Positions 54,606-62,653 of a stretch of DNA of 64,000 nucleotides are shown here, in pieces. The position numbers and the translations under genes were made by a program. A model generated the notes under the pieces. That model did not search any database. It worked only from the letters and a program-made list of their open reading frames with translations, and had not been told where the DNA came from. The stretch is from sequence record NC_052652.1; one strand, written 5' to 3'. The first letter of the stretch is position 1. Each line of letters begins with the position of its first letter. This DNA comes from Escherichia phage vB_EcoM_PHB05.

Positions 54606-54658
54606 GTTGACGTTCCTCACCTGGTAGCGTAGTATTCATCTTGTCGAGGGGGCAATAG
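54606..54658 (+). promoter_or_regulatory. Rightward early promoter (TTGACG -17- TAGTAT) plus leader hairpin (GGCA ATAG TGCC)
   Basis: Divergent from the previous promoter; followed by RBS and ATG at 54689. Confidence 0.5.
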
Positions 54659-54688
54659 TGCCGCTCATAACAGAAGAGAGAAATAATC

Positions 54689-54961
54689 ATGGCATCATAT
54701 AGCGCATCAATGATCGTAATGGGTATCACTGGTAAACCTATGCGCGGTGGCGGATCTTTCGCTAATATTAATATTGATGGGCGTTTATCCCTGGATGCAG
54801 CGATCACAGTGGCACGGGAAACATTTAAAAAAGAATGTAATTTCAATAAACAAGATTATCTCGGTTTCGCTATTGAAAAAACCGCGCGCTTTGTGGATTA
54901 TAAAAGCCCGAAAATGATTGATACTACACTAAAAGCGCAAGATGTAGCGTTTTTGCTTTAA
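54689..54961 (+). CDS. Early small protein, 90 aa
   Basis: Track ORF with promoter and RBS. Confidence 0.45.
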   Translation: MASYSASMIVMGITGKPMRGGGSFANINIDGRLSLDAAITVARETFKKECNFNKQDYLGFAIEKTARFVDYKSPKMIDTTLKAQDVAFLL

Positions 54962-54964
54962 GGC

Positions 54965-55025
54965 TTGACACTGAAAAATATTTTGGTAATATATACCACA
55001 TAAGGCGGGGAAATGGTTTCCCGCC
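54965..55025 (+). promoter_or_regulatory. Early promoter (TTGACA -17- TAATAT) followed by conserved leader stem-loop GGCGGGGAAATGGTTTCCCGCC
   Basis: Exact -35 consensus, 17-bp spacer, stem-loop at about 55004..55025, then CAAAGAAAGGG RBS and ATG 55048. Confidence 0.6.
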
Positions 55026-55047
55026 AAATCAAAGAAAGGGTAATGCA

Positions 55048-55410
55048 ATGAGCAAGCAAATCAATACTATCATGTTTAATCTGGTATCTTTCCGCGATGA
55101 CGTGAAAAACCTTTCGCGTGATGCAGTGGATGCACGGATCGAAAGCTATCGCACACAGATCGCAACGTTACCGCTGAAACGTGATCAACATGCCGCTAAT
55201 ATGATGCTTGATGCTATGATTAAAAAGATGATTCAATGTGATCTTACCATGGCTTATGAATATGCTGGCGATCTCTTTGTAACATATAGCAAGCCCGTTC
55301 CAGGTATGAGCACCACGGAAGAATTGCATGCCTTAAATCTGCGACAAGATGCATGGGATAACATGCGCCGTGTTATGGTATGGGTAGAAAGCGGTAAAAT
55401 TTACGAATAA
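55048..55410 (+). CDS. Early small protein, 120 aa
   Basis: Track ORF with cassette upstream. Confidence 0.45.
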   Translation: MSKQINTIMFNLVSFRDDVKNLSRDAVDARIESYRTQIATLPLKRDQHAANMMLDAMIKKMIQCDLTMAYEYAGDLFVTYSKPVPGMSTTEELHALNLRQDAWDNMRRVMVWVESGKIYE

Positions 55411-55416
55411 AAACGG

Positions 55417-55471
55417 TTGACATTGCACTAAAACCTGATAAGCTATCTTAAAGCGGGAATAGTTCCCGCTT
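55417..55471 (+). promoter_or_regulatory. Promoter-like TTGACA plus stem-loop AAGCGGGAATAGTTCCCGCTT
   Basis: -35 exact; -10 weak (TAAGCT); hairpin variant with compensatory changes. Confidence 0.4.
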
Positions 55472-55488
55472 ACATAGGATAAAACTTT

Positions 55489-55635
55489 ATGAAACAATAT
55501 GTAATGAGTATTCACACCAAAAACGGCGCTACTGTTACGACTCCGGCACGGTTTGCACTTGTAAACCGTTGCAAGAGACTAAAACGAGAGTTAAAAAATA
55601 ACCGTGCAACGGGCTTTAAACGCTGGGGAGGATAA
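55489..55635 (+). CDS. Small basic peptide (48 aa), not in ORF track
   Basis: ATG follows the stem-loop and AGGAT RBS; translation MKQYVMSIHTKNGATVTTPARFALVNRCKRLKRELKNNRATGFKRWGG. Confidence 0.3.
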   Translation: MKQYVMSIHTKNGATVTTPARFALVNRCKRLKRELKNNRATGFKRWGG

Positions 55636-55637
55636 TC

Positions 55638-55898
55638 TTGTTTTTTCTAAAAGTTTTTGATAATGTGATCGCTTTTGAACATGCTACAACGTTCGACCTG
55701 GCGAGATACGCTATCAGGTTTAAAGATAATGTTTATCCCCGTGCTGGCGGCGGTTACACTATTTTTAATCATCGCAACGCGCAACTGACTGATATAACTA
55801 ATCCAGGCCCTGGAGTGTATCGCATAGGCTGGCTACCGTCAAAAGACGCTGCAAGCATGTTTAAGGTATGTAAACTACTAACAGAAGAGGCGAACTAG
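55638..55898 (+). CDS. Early small protein, 86 aa (TTG start per ORF track)
   Basis: Track ORF; GGGGAGGA RBS 6 nt upstream of the TTG. Confidence 0.35.
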   Translation: MFFLKVFDNVIAFEHATTFDLARYAIRFKDNVYPRAGGGYTIFNHRNAQLTDITNPGPGVYRIGWLPSKDAASMFKVCKLLTEEAN

Positions 55899-55899
55899 C

Positions 55900-56445
55900 A
55901 TGGGGCGTGAATATGTGATCCAGTCCTGGGTAAAGCATGACGCAAATGATCCGCGCATAATACCAGATGACATGATCGATCACATGGTAGGGTATAGCGG
56001 GGAGCAGATAGGAAATCGAGCGGCAAAGAGCAACGGCAACACCAGGACGAGATCCGTTCGCCCTGGATGGCTGGCGAATGGTAATGCTGACATTGCAAGC
56101 GCCGCAGATCCAAGCGATGACGCTAAAAATAATCCCTTATACAGCATTGATCCGGCTTTTAAGGTGTTGGAAGAGTATCCCGCTAAATTAGCCGCACTAG
56201 ATAAGGCATACGCAGAAAAGCGCATGGCATGGACTGTATACAACACCGCTAAAATGGTGCTAGATGCAAAACTAATTAAAGCCCAGGAGAAGATCAATAA
56301 ACTTGTCACCATAGCGCAAGAGGAAGACCAGGAGGAAGAGGAAGAAATCATGCCTAACCTGGAAGAGGAAGAGATCCAGCCATACACGCCGACAGAAGAG
56401 GAAAAAATACAAGCCTTAAAAAATTATAAAAATTGTATTGTGTAA
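55900..56445 (+). CDS. Early protein with strongly acidic C-terminal tail, 181 aa
   Basis: C-terminus QEEDQEEEEEIMPNLEEEEIQPYTPTEEEKI; coiled-coil middle region. Confidence 0.45.
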   Translation: MGREYVIQSWVKHDANDPRIIPDDMIDHMVGYSGEQIGNRAAKSNGNTRTRSVRPGWLANGNADIASAADPSDDAKNNPLYSIDPAFKVLEEYPAKLAALDKAYAEKRMAWTVYNTAKMVLDAKLIKAQEKINKLVTIAQEEDQEEEEEIMPNLEEEEIQPYTPTEEEKIQALKNYKNCIV

Positions 56446-56448
56446 GGC

Positions 56449-56507
56449 TTGACATATGCAAACAAGCCCCGTAATATGTACCACATAGAGCGGGGCAACC
56501 CCCCTCA
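56449..56507 (+). promoter_or_regulatory. Early promoter (TTGACA -17- TAATAT) plus stem-loop variant (GAGCGGGG CAA CCCCCCTC)
   Basis: Cassette copy immediately upstream of the consensus promoter at 56528. Confidence 0.45.
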
Positions 56508-56527
56508 AAGGTGAAATAAAAAATCAC

Positions 56528-56555
56528 TTGACAACTGAAATCAGTAAGCTATAAT
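56528..56555 (+). promoter_or_regulatory. Consensus sigma70 promoter (TTGACA -16- TATAAT), no leader hairpin
   Basis: Both hexamers are exact consensus; about 37 nt upstream of ATG 56593. Confidence 0.6.
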
Positions 56556-56592
56556 GCTTATATAAATTGAAGCGTTACTAAGGAATAAAATC

Positions 56593-56958
56593 ATGGCTAA
56601 AAATATTAATGTTTCCGCTTATGCTACCATGGCTAACACGGCTAAAATTGAACTGTCCAGCATTGAAGCGGTGCATATTAGCGCCCGTCGCTGGTTTCAA
56701 AAATCTTATGGTAACACTTATTTCTCTTTGATGGTTGACGTTGAGATCGGCGGTAAACTGATTGAAGTCGTTAACGTTCCGTTTCAATATGGTTATGGTG
56801 ATCATTTTGATACCGTTGCCCTAGAAGAGTTTAGCAAGGTTATCAACCTGGAAGGTAAAGACTTTTCAAATTATGCTTACCTTTCCAGTTTTTGCCGTGA
56901 CAATGGGATCGCTGTATACAGCCATGCAAGCGATGTTAAACGTAAAAAAGATCTATAA
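56593..56958 (+). CDS. Early small protein, 121 aa
   Basis: Track ORF with AAGGAAT RBS. Confidence 0.45.
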   Translation: MAKNINVSAYATMANTAKIELSSIEAVHISARRWFQKSYGNTYFSLMVDVEIGGKLIEVVNVPFQYGYGDHFDTVALEEFSKVINLEGKDFSNYAYLSSFCRDNGIAVYSHASDVKRKKDL

Positions 56959-57047
56959 AAAGCATTGACAGCACGAATAAAAAGTGTAAAATGTTTCATA
57001 TCAGGACGGGGAACGGTTTCCCCCTCCTAACAAGGAGAGAAATAAAA

Positions 57048-57230
57048 ATGGCTAAATGCACTATCTGTAAGAAAGAAATAGTATTAGTTCCAAGTGCCCG
57101 TGAACGTGCCGCTAAGTTCGGTGGCAAACCGTCAGACTATACGAAAATGTTTACTACCCATGCAGCTTGCCAGGTAGCAAAACGTTCACAAGAAAGCGTA
57201 GAATTAATGCGTAAACTTTCCAAAAAATAA
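57048..57230 (+). CDS. Early small protein with CxxC...HxxC (possible zinc-binding), 60 aa
   Basis: Start at Met-20 of track ORF 56991..57230, just after stem-loop and AGGAGAG RBS; CTICKK ... HAACQ. Confidence 0.4.
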   Translation: MAKCTICKKEIVLVPSARERAAKFGGKPSDYTKMFTTHAACQVAKRSQESVELMRKLSKK

Positions 57231-57315
57231 TATTGACAAAGTATTTTATTATTATATAATGGTTTACATCGAGAGCGGGAATAGTTCCCGCCTCACTGAA
57301 AAAGAGATTAACATC

Positions 57316-57555
57316 ATGGCTAAATCTAAAATGTACAACGGTCACAAAAATAAAACTCATTGGAATGTAAGCCTTTGGATTAATAACGATCCAGGTTTTT
57401 ATAATATGGCAAAAGAATTTATAGCCGTGAACAACAATAAAGATAACGCCGCGCGTGAAATGATGTCATTACTTAACGAAATGGGCCAAAATACTACGCC
57501 AGATGGCTATAAATTCAGTAAAACCAGTATCCGCGCCGCTATGGTAGGAATGTAA
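57316..57555 (+). CDS. Early small protein, 79 aa
   Basis: Start at Met-20 of track ORF 57259..57555, after the stem-loop; RBS AAAGAGA. Confidence 0.4.
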   Translation: MAKSKMYNGHKNKTHWNVSLWINNDPGFYNMAKEFIAVNNNKDNAAREMMSLLNEMGQNTTPDGYKFSKTSIRAAMVGM

Positions 57556-57564
57556 TAAAAGCAG

Positions 57565-57624
57565 TTGACAACGTTTTTTAATCTGGTATAGTTTATCACA
57601 TAGGGCGGGAAATGGTTTCCCGCC
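57565..57624 (+). promoter_or_regulatory. Early promoter (TTGACA -16- TATAGT) plus stem-loop GGCGGGAAATGGTTTCCCGCC
   Basis: Cassette copy; ATG at 57647. Confidence 0.55.
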
Positions 57625-57646
57625 AAATGAAAGAAAGGTTATCATT

Positions 57647-57874
57647 ATGGCTATCGTTATTGTTCGCGTATCCGGCACGGTTGGAATCTCCCAGGTAGTA
57701 GCAGTTATCACCGAGAAGAAAGGGGATGATCTTCACTCCTCCTTGAATAGCTGGGCGGTCGCTAATTTCGGGCAATGGTCGAGCGTTGAGTATATCGAAT
57801 CCTACCAGGTGCCAACGATTAGCCTAACCGATCTGAATGTTGATCGCTTGTTGTGCCTGGATGGATTAAACTAA
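57647..57874 (+). CDS. Early small protein, 75 aa
   Basis: Track ORF with cassette. Confidence 0.45.
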   Translation: MAIVIVRVSGTVGISQVVAVITEKKGDDLHSSLNSWAVANFGQWSSVEYIESYQVPTISLTDLNVDRLLCLDGLN

Positions 57875-57961
57875 AAATAATCTTGACAAGATAACTAAAA
57901 TCAGTAAAATGTAATGCATAGGGCGGCAATAGTGCCGCTCATAGTAAGAGAGATTATCAAA

Positions 57962-58177
57962 ATGGCTAATATCCGCACACTGTTAAAAAATGCAAGTCAA
58001 GTTTTATTTTCAGATGACGAGTATTTCAACAAAGACATTACAGGCGTGAAAAATTTAAAAGACGTGAAGGATGTTATCGGTATCCGTGGATCTTTACGTA
58101 AAGGTGACATATACGGTAACAAGGTGCAATATAAACTATCAAAAGATTATGATTTTACTTTGACAATTATTTCATAA
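57962..58177 (+). CDS. Early small protein, 71 aa
   Basis: Start at Met-17 of track ORF 57914..58177, after promoter TTGACA (57883) and stem-loop GCGGCA ATAG TGCCGC. Confidence 0.4.
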   Translation: MANIRTLLKNASQVLFSDDEYFNKDITGVKNLKDVKDVIGIRGSLRKGDIYGNKVQYKLSKDYDFTLTIIS

Positions 58178-58266
58178 AACTACTTGCAAACCTGGTAAAA
58201 TAAAGTAAACTATATTCATTAAGGCGGTGGAATAGCCCACCGCCTAACAAAGAGAAGAGGAAACAT

Positions 58267-58437
58267 CATGATCACTTTCGCTACCCGTGAAGCCGCTCGC
58301 AACGTTGCACGTAAAGTTAACGCCGCCAACCTAGGCGCTACGCTTAAAGCCCCGGTGAAAGATGAATCAGGAAAATGGATCTTTCCTGGTCTGCGTCACG
58401 CTGATAAGCTGGGGACATTAACGTTAAAAAATAAATA
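58267..58437 (+). CDS. Early small basic protein (56 aa), not in ORF track
   Basis: Follows stem-loop GGCGGTGG AATAGC CCACCGCC and RBS AGAGGAAAC; frame checked start to stop. Confidence 0.35.
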
Positions 58438-58569
58438 ATATCCGCTTGACAGTAGCATCATTTATAAGTAAAGTAACAACAACGGCGGGAAAATTATTGG
58501 TTATATATTGCAAGCATGATCATAACTTTAGCAAAATATCATAAAGTAGCGTAATTAAGAGGAAGAAAC

Positions 58570-58707
58570 ATGAACGCATCACAGCAGATCGAAAAATTCA
58601 ACCGCAGCAAGGCGCGTAAAGATTGGAACGAAGAGATCACCAAAAAAGGTGACAAGCGGAACAAAACAAAGAGAGATCGCAGCACAAAAAGATACTGGAA
58701 CGAATAA
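58570..58707 (+). CDS. Small highly basic peptide (45 aa), not in ORF track
   Basis: RBS AAGAGGAAG then ATG; K/R-rich translation MNASQQIEKFNRSKARKDWNEEITKKGDKRNKTKRDRSTKRYWNE. Confidence 0.3.
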   Translation: MNASQQIEKFNRSKARKDWNEEITKKGDKRNKTKRDRSTKRYWNE

Positions 58708-58710
58708 CAA

Positions 58711-58737
58711 AAAAAGGGCGCAATAAGCGCCCTTTTA
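58711..58737 (+). terminator. Rho-independent terminator (AAAGGGCGC AATAA GCGCCCTTTT)
   Basis: 9-bp stem plus T-run. Confidence 0.6.
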
Positions 58738-58826
58738 GCTTATATAGAGGCTTGTTACCCATAGGCAATGGTAACGCCAGGGCAAGCCTATAAATCAACG
58801 TTAGACGGCTTTACAGGAGCTTTAAA

Positions 58827-59009
58827 ATGAGATTAGAAGAAATAAGCAAGGCACTAGCCCAGGGGCAAAGGTTAAACGCCCGTTATCGTGATCAATATGG
58901 CTTTATAACTAGCGGCGTGATCCTGGGGATTGAAGACAATAAGATTTTTATTGACACGTTGAAAAACGTTGTATATAGTGACAATATAATCTCAATAAAA
59001 CATATATGA
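58827..59009 (+). CDS. Early small protein, 60 aa
   Basis: Track ORF; RBS ACAGGAG. Confidence 0.4.
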   Translation: MRLEEISKALAQGQRLNARYRDQYGFITSGVILGIEDNKIFIDTLKNVVYSDNIISIKHI

Positions 59010-59017
59010 GGCAAGAA

Positions 59018-59419
59018 ATGAAAAAATTATTGATCGCTGGTTTAATCTCTTTTGGCATGGTTGGAACATCTAGCGCGGCGATATCCTCCACAGTAGCAGA
59101 ATTAAGCGCCGTTGATGCAATGGAAAACGTCATGATCATTAATAATGCGATCCCCGATGAAATCATGGAGGATTCACACATGATCGCTTATGGTGCTGTT
59201 ACACAATTAACGGCAAAAATAGATAAATCTATTGTTAATGGCTTAAATGAAGATGTACCATGTGAAATTATTACCAGTGTGCTAACGACTCAAAATTTTA
59301 CGCCGTGGCTAAAAAGTATTCAAAAGGTACACAGCACCGCCGCAGATCGTAGCAATGAAAAACTAGTGTCAGCACTTGCAACGTATACCCTAGCAAAATG
59401 TACCGAGATAAAAGGTTGA
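59018..59419 (+). CDS. Secreted/periplasmic small protein with signal peptide, 133 aa
   Basis: MKKLLIAGLISFGMVGTSSAA signal peptide; start at Met-5 of the track ORF with GAGG RBS. Confidence 0.45.
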   Translation: MKKLLIAGLISFGMVGTSSAAISSTVAELSAVDAMENVMIINNAIPDEIMEDSHMIAYGAVTQLTAKIDKSIVNGLNEDVPCEIITSVLTTQNFTPWLKSIQKVHSTAADRSNEKLVSALATYTLAKCTEIKG

Positions 59420-59466
59420 CAATATAGAAAGCACGTTATAAGATACACACAACAAAGGAGAACTAC

Positions 59467-59769
59467 ATGAACGGCATAGCTAAAACGTTTTTTCTTTTTT
59501 CTGGTGTAAATGATCCATCAATAAAAGTCGATAGTGTAAAAGAAAACAATACTATCACCGCTAAATTGTTTCAAGATGAAACAAATAACGTGCTAATCAT
59601 TAATCTTAAAGAAATAACGAAAGGTTATTATACTATTGCTTACCATGCGATCTATCATGCGGGTACTAGTGAGGAAGTGCAAACAAGCAACAACGAAAGC
59701 GCGGCGCTACCTGGTGATCTGGTGCTGGGCGTTATCAGTTCAATTGTCAATGATTTTTTTAAGGAGTAA
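59467..59769 (+). CDS. Early small protein, 100 aa
   Basis: Track ORF; promoter TTGACA at 59416 and RBS AAAGGAG. Confidence 0.45.
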   Translation: MNGIAKTFFLFSGVNDPSIKVDSVKENNTITAKLFQDETNNVLIINLKEITKGYYTIAYHAIYHAGTSEEVQTSNNESAALPGDLVLGVISSIVNDFFKE

Positions 59770-59773
59770 AACC

Positions 59774-59869
59774 ATGCCCTATTTACATTTATTTTTCGGT
59801 ATCTTATTGACAGGATCTTTTTTCTTCTGTATGCTTGTTTCTATTGTAAACCACGTTTTAAGACATTAA
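59774..59869 (+). CDS. Small hydrophobic peptide (31 aa)
   Basis: RBS AAGGAG 8 nt upstream; MPYLHLFFGILLTGSFFFCMLVSIVNHVLRH; part of track ORF 59636..59869. Confidence 0.3.
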   Translation: MPYLHLFFGILLTGSFFFCMLVSIVNHVLRH

Positions 59870-60098
59870 GGAAACAGCATGAAAATTATTCCCGTACAGT
59901 ATAGCGTAATAAATCCAGCATATGAGGAAGGAAGGAAAACAAGCATGGCTTTATGTTGTATTACTACTATAGCCATGTTATTATATATTGTGTTTTAATA
60001 GGTTTTATAGTTGTACGCTTTAAAGGCTTGACAATTTTTTGTTATGCTTTAAAATATATCTTGAAAACGGCAAAGGCCGCAAACAAAAGGGTAAAATT

Positions 60099-60422
60099 AT
60101 GAAATCTGTGATCGGTGTTTATTTGGATAACTCTGATTTTTTCTATCATCGTGCGCGTTTCCTTGATGCGATTGAAATGATAGAATCAGGCTTTAAAGAG
60201 TATCGCCTTGCACATGATGACCTGGAAGCATTACAGGGCAATAGTGTTTTTACATTGCAAGCTAAAGCACTATGTAAAAGCCGGATCGACATTGCGAGCA
60301 AAAAGATAGAACGCGGCATGTCCTGGTTACGCACCGCAGAAATTAACATGGGGCAATGGTACGGCGAAAACTTAGAAAATAAACTCACTTTTGTAAATGT
60401 AGAAAATATTAAAGATTATTGA
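60099..60422 (+). CDS. Early small protein, 107 aa
   Basis: Start at Met-21 of track ORF 60039..60422; promoter TTGACA at 60028. Confidence 0.4.
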   Translation: MKSVIGVYLDNSDFFYHRARFLDAIEMIESGFKEYRLAHDDLEALQGNSVFTLQAKALCKSRIDIASKKIERGMSWLRTAEINMGQWYGENLENKLTFVNVENIKDY

Positions 60423-60485
60423 TTGACAGCACACCTGATAAGTAATATATTGTATCTCATAGAGCGGGGAAATGGTTTCCCCGCC
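60423..60485 (+). promoter_or_regulatory. Early promoter (TTGACA -17- TATATT) plus stem-loop GCGGGGAAATGGTTTCCCCGC
   Basis: Cassette copy; ATG at 60505. Confidence 0.55.
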
Positions 60486-60504
60486 TTAACAGAAGAGATA
60501 AGAT

Positions 60505-60789
60505 ATGAAGATCACAAAAGCACTTTCCAACTATGCAGCACGTCGCGGCTTATGCTTATCCGTTGAAAACTTAGAGAAAGAAGATTTTTTGTGCTTTTGG
60601 GAGCTTGAGAATGATAATGAGTGGATCTTCTCTTATTCTATCTGCAAAGATCAAAATGGTTGCTTGTTAACCTGGCGCGGTAATATCTATTTGCCGGAAG
60701 AAATAAAACAAGAATTACCAGGCACGATCATGACTGAGAAACAGCTTAAGGAAGTGATCAATTTTGTAGGGCAAAACATTAAAAAATAA
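60505..60789 (+). CDS. Early small protein, 94 aa
   Basis: Track ORF with cassette. Confidence 0.45.
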   Translation: MKITKALSNYAARRGLCLSVENLEKEDFLCFWELENDNEWIFSYSICKDQNGCLLTWRGNIYLPEEIKQELPGTIMTEKQLKEVINFVGQNIKK

Positions 60790-60873
60790 TTTGACAGTAG
60801 GCAAACAACGTAGTAAAGTTTACCACATAGGGCGGGAAATGGTTTCCCGCTCACAGCAGAAGAGAAACAAATC

Positions 60874-61044
60874 ATGATCCCGACTATGTTTTACGTATCG
60901 CGCAAAGGTCACAATATTTTTTGGTCTGAAGATTTAAATGAAGCCATGACGTTTGCCCGTGATCGTGTTGCTATCGGTGGCGTTAATATTACCGTAACCG
61001 ATGAAAACGGCATTGAATACTATAACGGCGACGATGAAGAGTAA
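60874..61044 (+). CDS. Early small acidic protein (56 aa), not in ORF track
   Basis: Follows promoter TTGACA (60791) and stem-loop GGCGGGAAATGGTTTCCCGC; frame checked. Confidence 0.35.
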   Translation: MIPTMFYVSRKGHNIFWSEDLNEAMTFARDRVAIGGVNITVTDENGIEYYNGDDEE

Positions 61045-61092
61045 TTAATAAGGCGGGGGGAGTATTCCCCGCCATCAATAAAGAGGTAAATC

Positions 61093-61401
61093 ATGAAAAT
61101 ATCTTTGGACGTTGCAATCAAGGCCATCGAATCCGGTTACACCCTGGTAAAAGATGATAAGGCTAAAATAGTGCATCATGTTAACAAGGAAACAGGCGAA
61201 AGCATGATCACATATAAAGCCGCCTATTTTCTCCAATCAGTAGCAGATCCGCGCGTACAACGCCAGGTTACGGCGGCTATTGCTAAAAAATTATGTGCTT
61301 TACAGGGTACAAGTTTTAACGAGATCCCGCCGTGTTTTGACTGGGCGAGCTTGAAAAATAGTTTGACAATATGCGGTTATCTGGTAATATATACCACATA
61401 A
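61093..61401 (+). CDS. Early small protein, 102 aa
   Basis: Track ORF; preceded by stem-loop GGCGGGG GGAGTA TTCCCCGCC and AGAGG RBS. Confidence 0.45.
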   Translation: MKISLDVAIKAIESGYTLVKDDKAKIVHHVNKETGESMITYKAAYFLQSVADPRVQRQVTAAIAKKLCALQGTSFNEIPPCFDWASLKNSLTICGYLVIYTT

Positions 61402-61423
61402 GGCGGGGAAATGGTTTCCCGCC
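61364..61423 (+). promoter_or_regulatory. Early promoter (TTGACA -17- TAATAT) plus stem-loop GGCGGGGAAATGGTTTCCCGCC; promoter lies inside the 3' end of the preceding ORF
   Basis: Cassette copy nearly identical to the one at 54965. Confidence 0.55.
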
Positions 61424-61441
61424 AGAATAGAGAGAACTAAA

Positions 61442-61546
61442 ATGATTATTCTTACCATGATGTGCGCGGCGGTTATTATTCCTTTGATAACGCTTATTGT
61501 TTCTGAGATCGATGATCTTCTCTTTGAAAGAAGTTTAAAAAAGTAA
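61442..61546 (+). CDS. Small hydrophobic peptide (34 aa), not in ORF track
   Basis: MIILTMMCAAVIIPLITLIVSEIDDLLFERSLKK; follows cassette and RBS AGAGAGAA. Confidence 0.3.
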   Translation: MIILTMMCAAVIIPLITLIVSEIDDLLFERSLKK

Positions 61547-61626
61547 TTGACAACGGCTAATAAGCTGATAATATGTATCACATAGGGCGGGGCAATAAGG
61601 CAACGCCCACTAATGAGGGTAGCATC

Positions 61627-61731
61627 ATGTTAGAGAAAATTTTCACGGTTGTAATAGTGGGCCTGGCGTTATCGGTTGGAGTGATTGCAACTATGGCTAA
61701 CATGATCCTATCTTCCCACGGTATCGGCTAA
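61627..61731 (+). CDS. Small hydrophobic peptide (34 aa), not in ORF track
   Basis: MLEKIFTVVIVGLALSVGVIATMANMILSSHGIG; follows promoter TTGACA (61547) and stem-loop. Confidence 0.3.
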   Translation: MLEKIFTVVIVGLALSVGVIATMANMILSSHGIG

Positions 61732-61745
61732 AAGAGAAACACAAC

Positions 61746-62132
61746 ATGAAAACAGAAATCATTATTGAAATCATCAACGGTTATAAAGAAGCCTTTATTT
61801 TTGCTGAATCAGCAAGGGATCATGAAGGTAATTTTATTGATAACTTAGACGATTATGATTTTTCAGATCAAGCCCATCAACGGATCATTAATGACGTAGC
61901 GGCTTATTGTGATGCCAATGATGCTGCTATCTCTGAGGCAATGAGCGACGGCGCAACAGCAAACCAGATCGGGAATGATTTACATTTTACCCGTAACGGT
62001 CACGGCGTAGGTTTTTGGGATCGCCCTGAAATATACACTACTAACACCGCCAACCGCCTAACAAATGCAGCTAGATTAATGCCATCGGTGCATGCTTACA
62101 TTGGTGAAGATAATTTGATTTATATTGAATAA
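61746..62132 (+). CDS. Early small acidic protein, 128 aa
   Basis: Track ORF. Confidence 0.45.
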   Translation: MKTEIIIEIINGYKEAFIFAESARDHEGNFIDNLDDYDFSDQAHQRIINDVAAYCDANDAAISEAMSDGATANQIGNDLHFTRNGHGVGFWDRPEIYTTNTANRLTNAARLMPSVHAYIGEDNLIYIE

Positions 62133-62138
62133 AAAGTG

Positions 62139-62197
62139 TTGACACCGATCCCCAATATGGTATTATTTACCACGTAGGCGGGAAATGGTTTCCCGCC
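62139..62197 (+). promoter_or_regulatory. Early promoter (TTGACA -17- TATTAT) plus stem-loop GGCGGGAAATGGTTTCCCGCC
   Basis: Cassette copy; ATG at 62222. Confidence 0.55.
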
Positions 62198-62221
62198 AGG
62201 TAATCAAAAAAGGTAAACATT

Positions 62222-62611
62222 ATGCGCAACCTGGTTTCTGTTTCTAACGTTGAAAAATTTCAATCCTTGCAGGGTATCATTAACAACGTAGCGCCTTTTT
62301 TAGTCAATGGCTTGATTGCAAAGATGAAAAATAAACATCATGCGGCATGGTCTGCTTATTGCTTTGATAATGATGAAAAAGCGGCTGAAATGATGTTAAA
62401 TATGCTTTTGGATAGTGTAGAATCATCTTTACCGGAAAACATCGCAGAAGAGATCACCTATCGTTATAATATGGCGATCACTTACCAGGAGGTTGCGCAA
62501 TTCAACATGATGGATGATGACGAACAACAGGATCAAGAAATGTTCTGGGAGTATGCTGATCGTCAATCGGCTTTTGATGAAAAGTTAGCGATGTATTATA
62601 ATGAATATTAA
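62222..62611 (+). CDS. Early small acidic protein, 129 aa
   Basis: Track ORF with cassette. Confidence 0.45.
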   Translation: MRNLVSVSNVEKFQSLQGIINNVAPFLVNGLIAKMKNKHHAAWSAYCFDNDEKAAEMMLNMLLDSVESSLPENIAEEITYRYNMAITYQEVAQFNMMDDDEQQDQEMFWEYADRQSAFDEKLAMYYNEY

Positions 62612-62622
62612 TACACGGTAAA

Positions 62623-62653
62623 AGAAAGGGGCGCACTAAGCGCCCTTTTTTGT
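62623..62653 (+). terminator. Rho-independent terminator (AAAGGGGCGC ACTAA GCGCCCTTTTTTG)
   Basis: Perfect GC stem and T6 run closing the early block. Confidence 0.65.
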
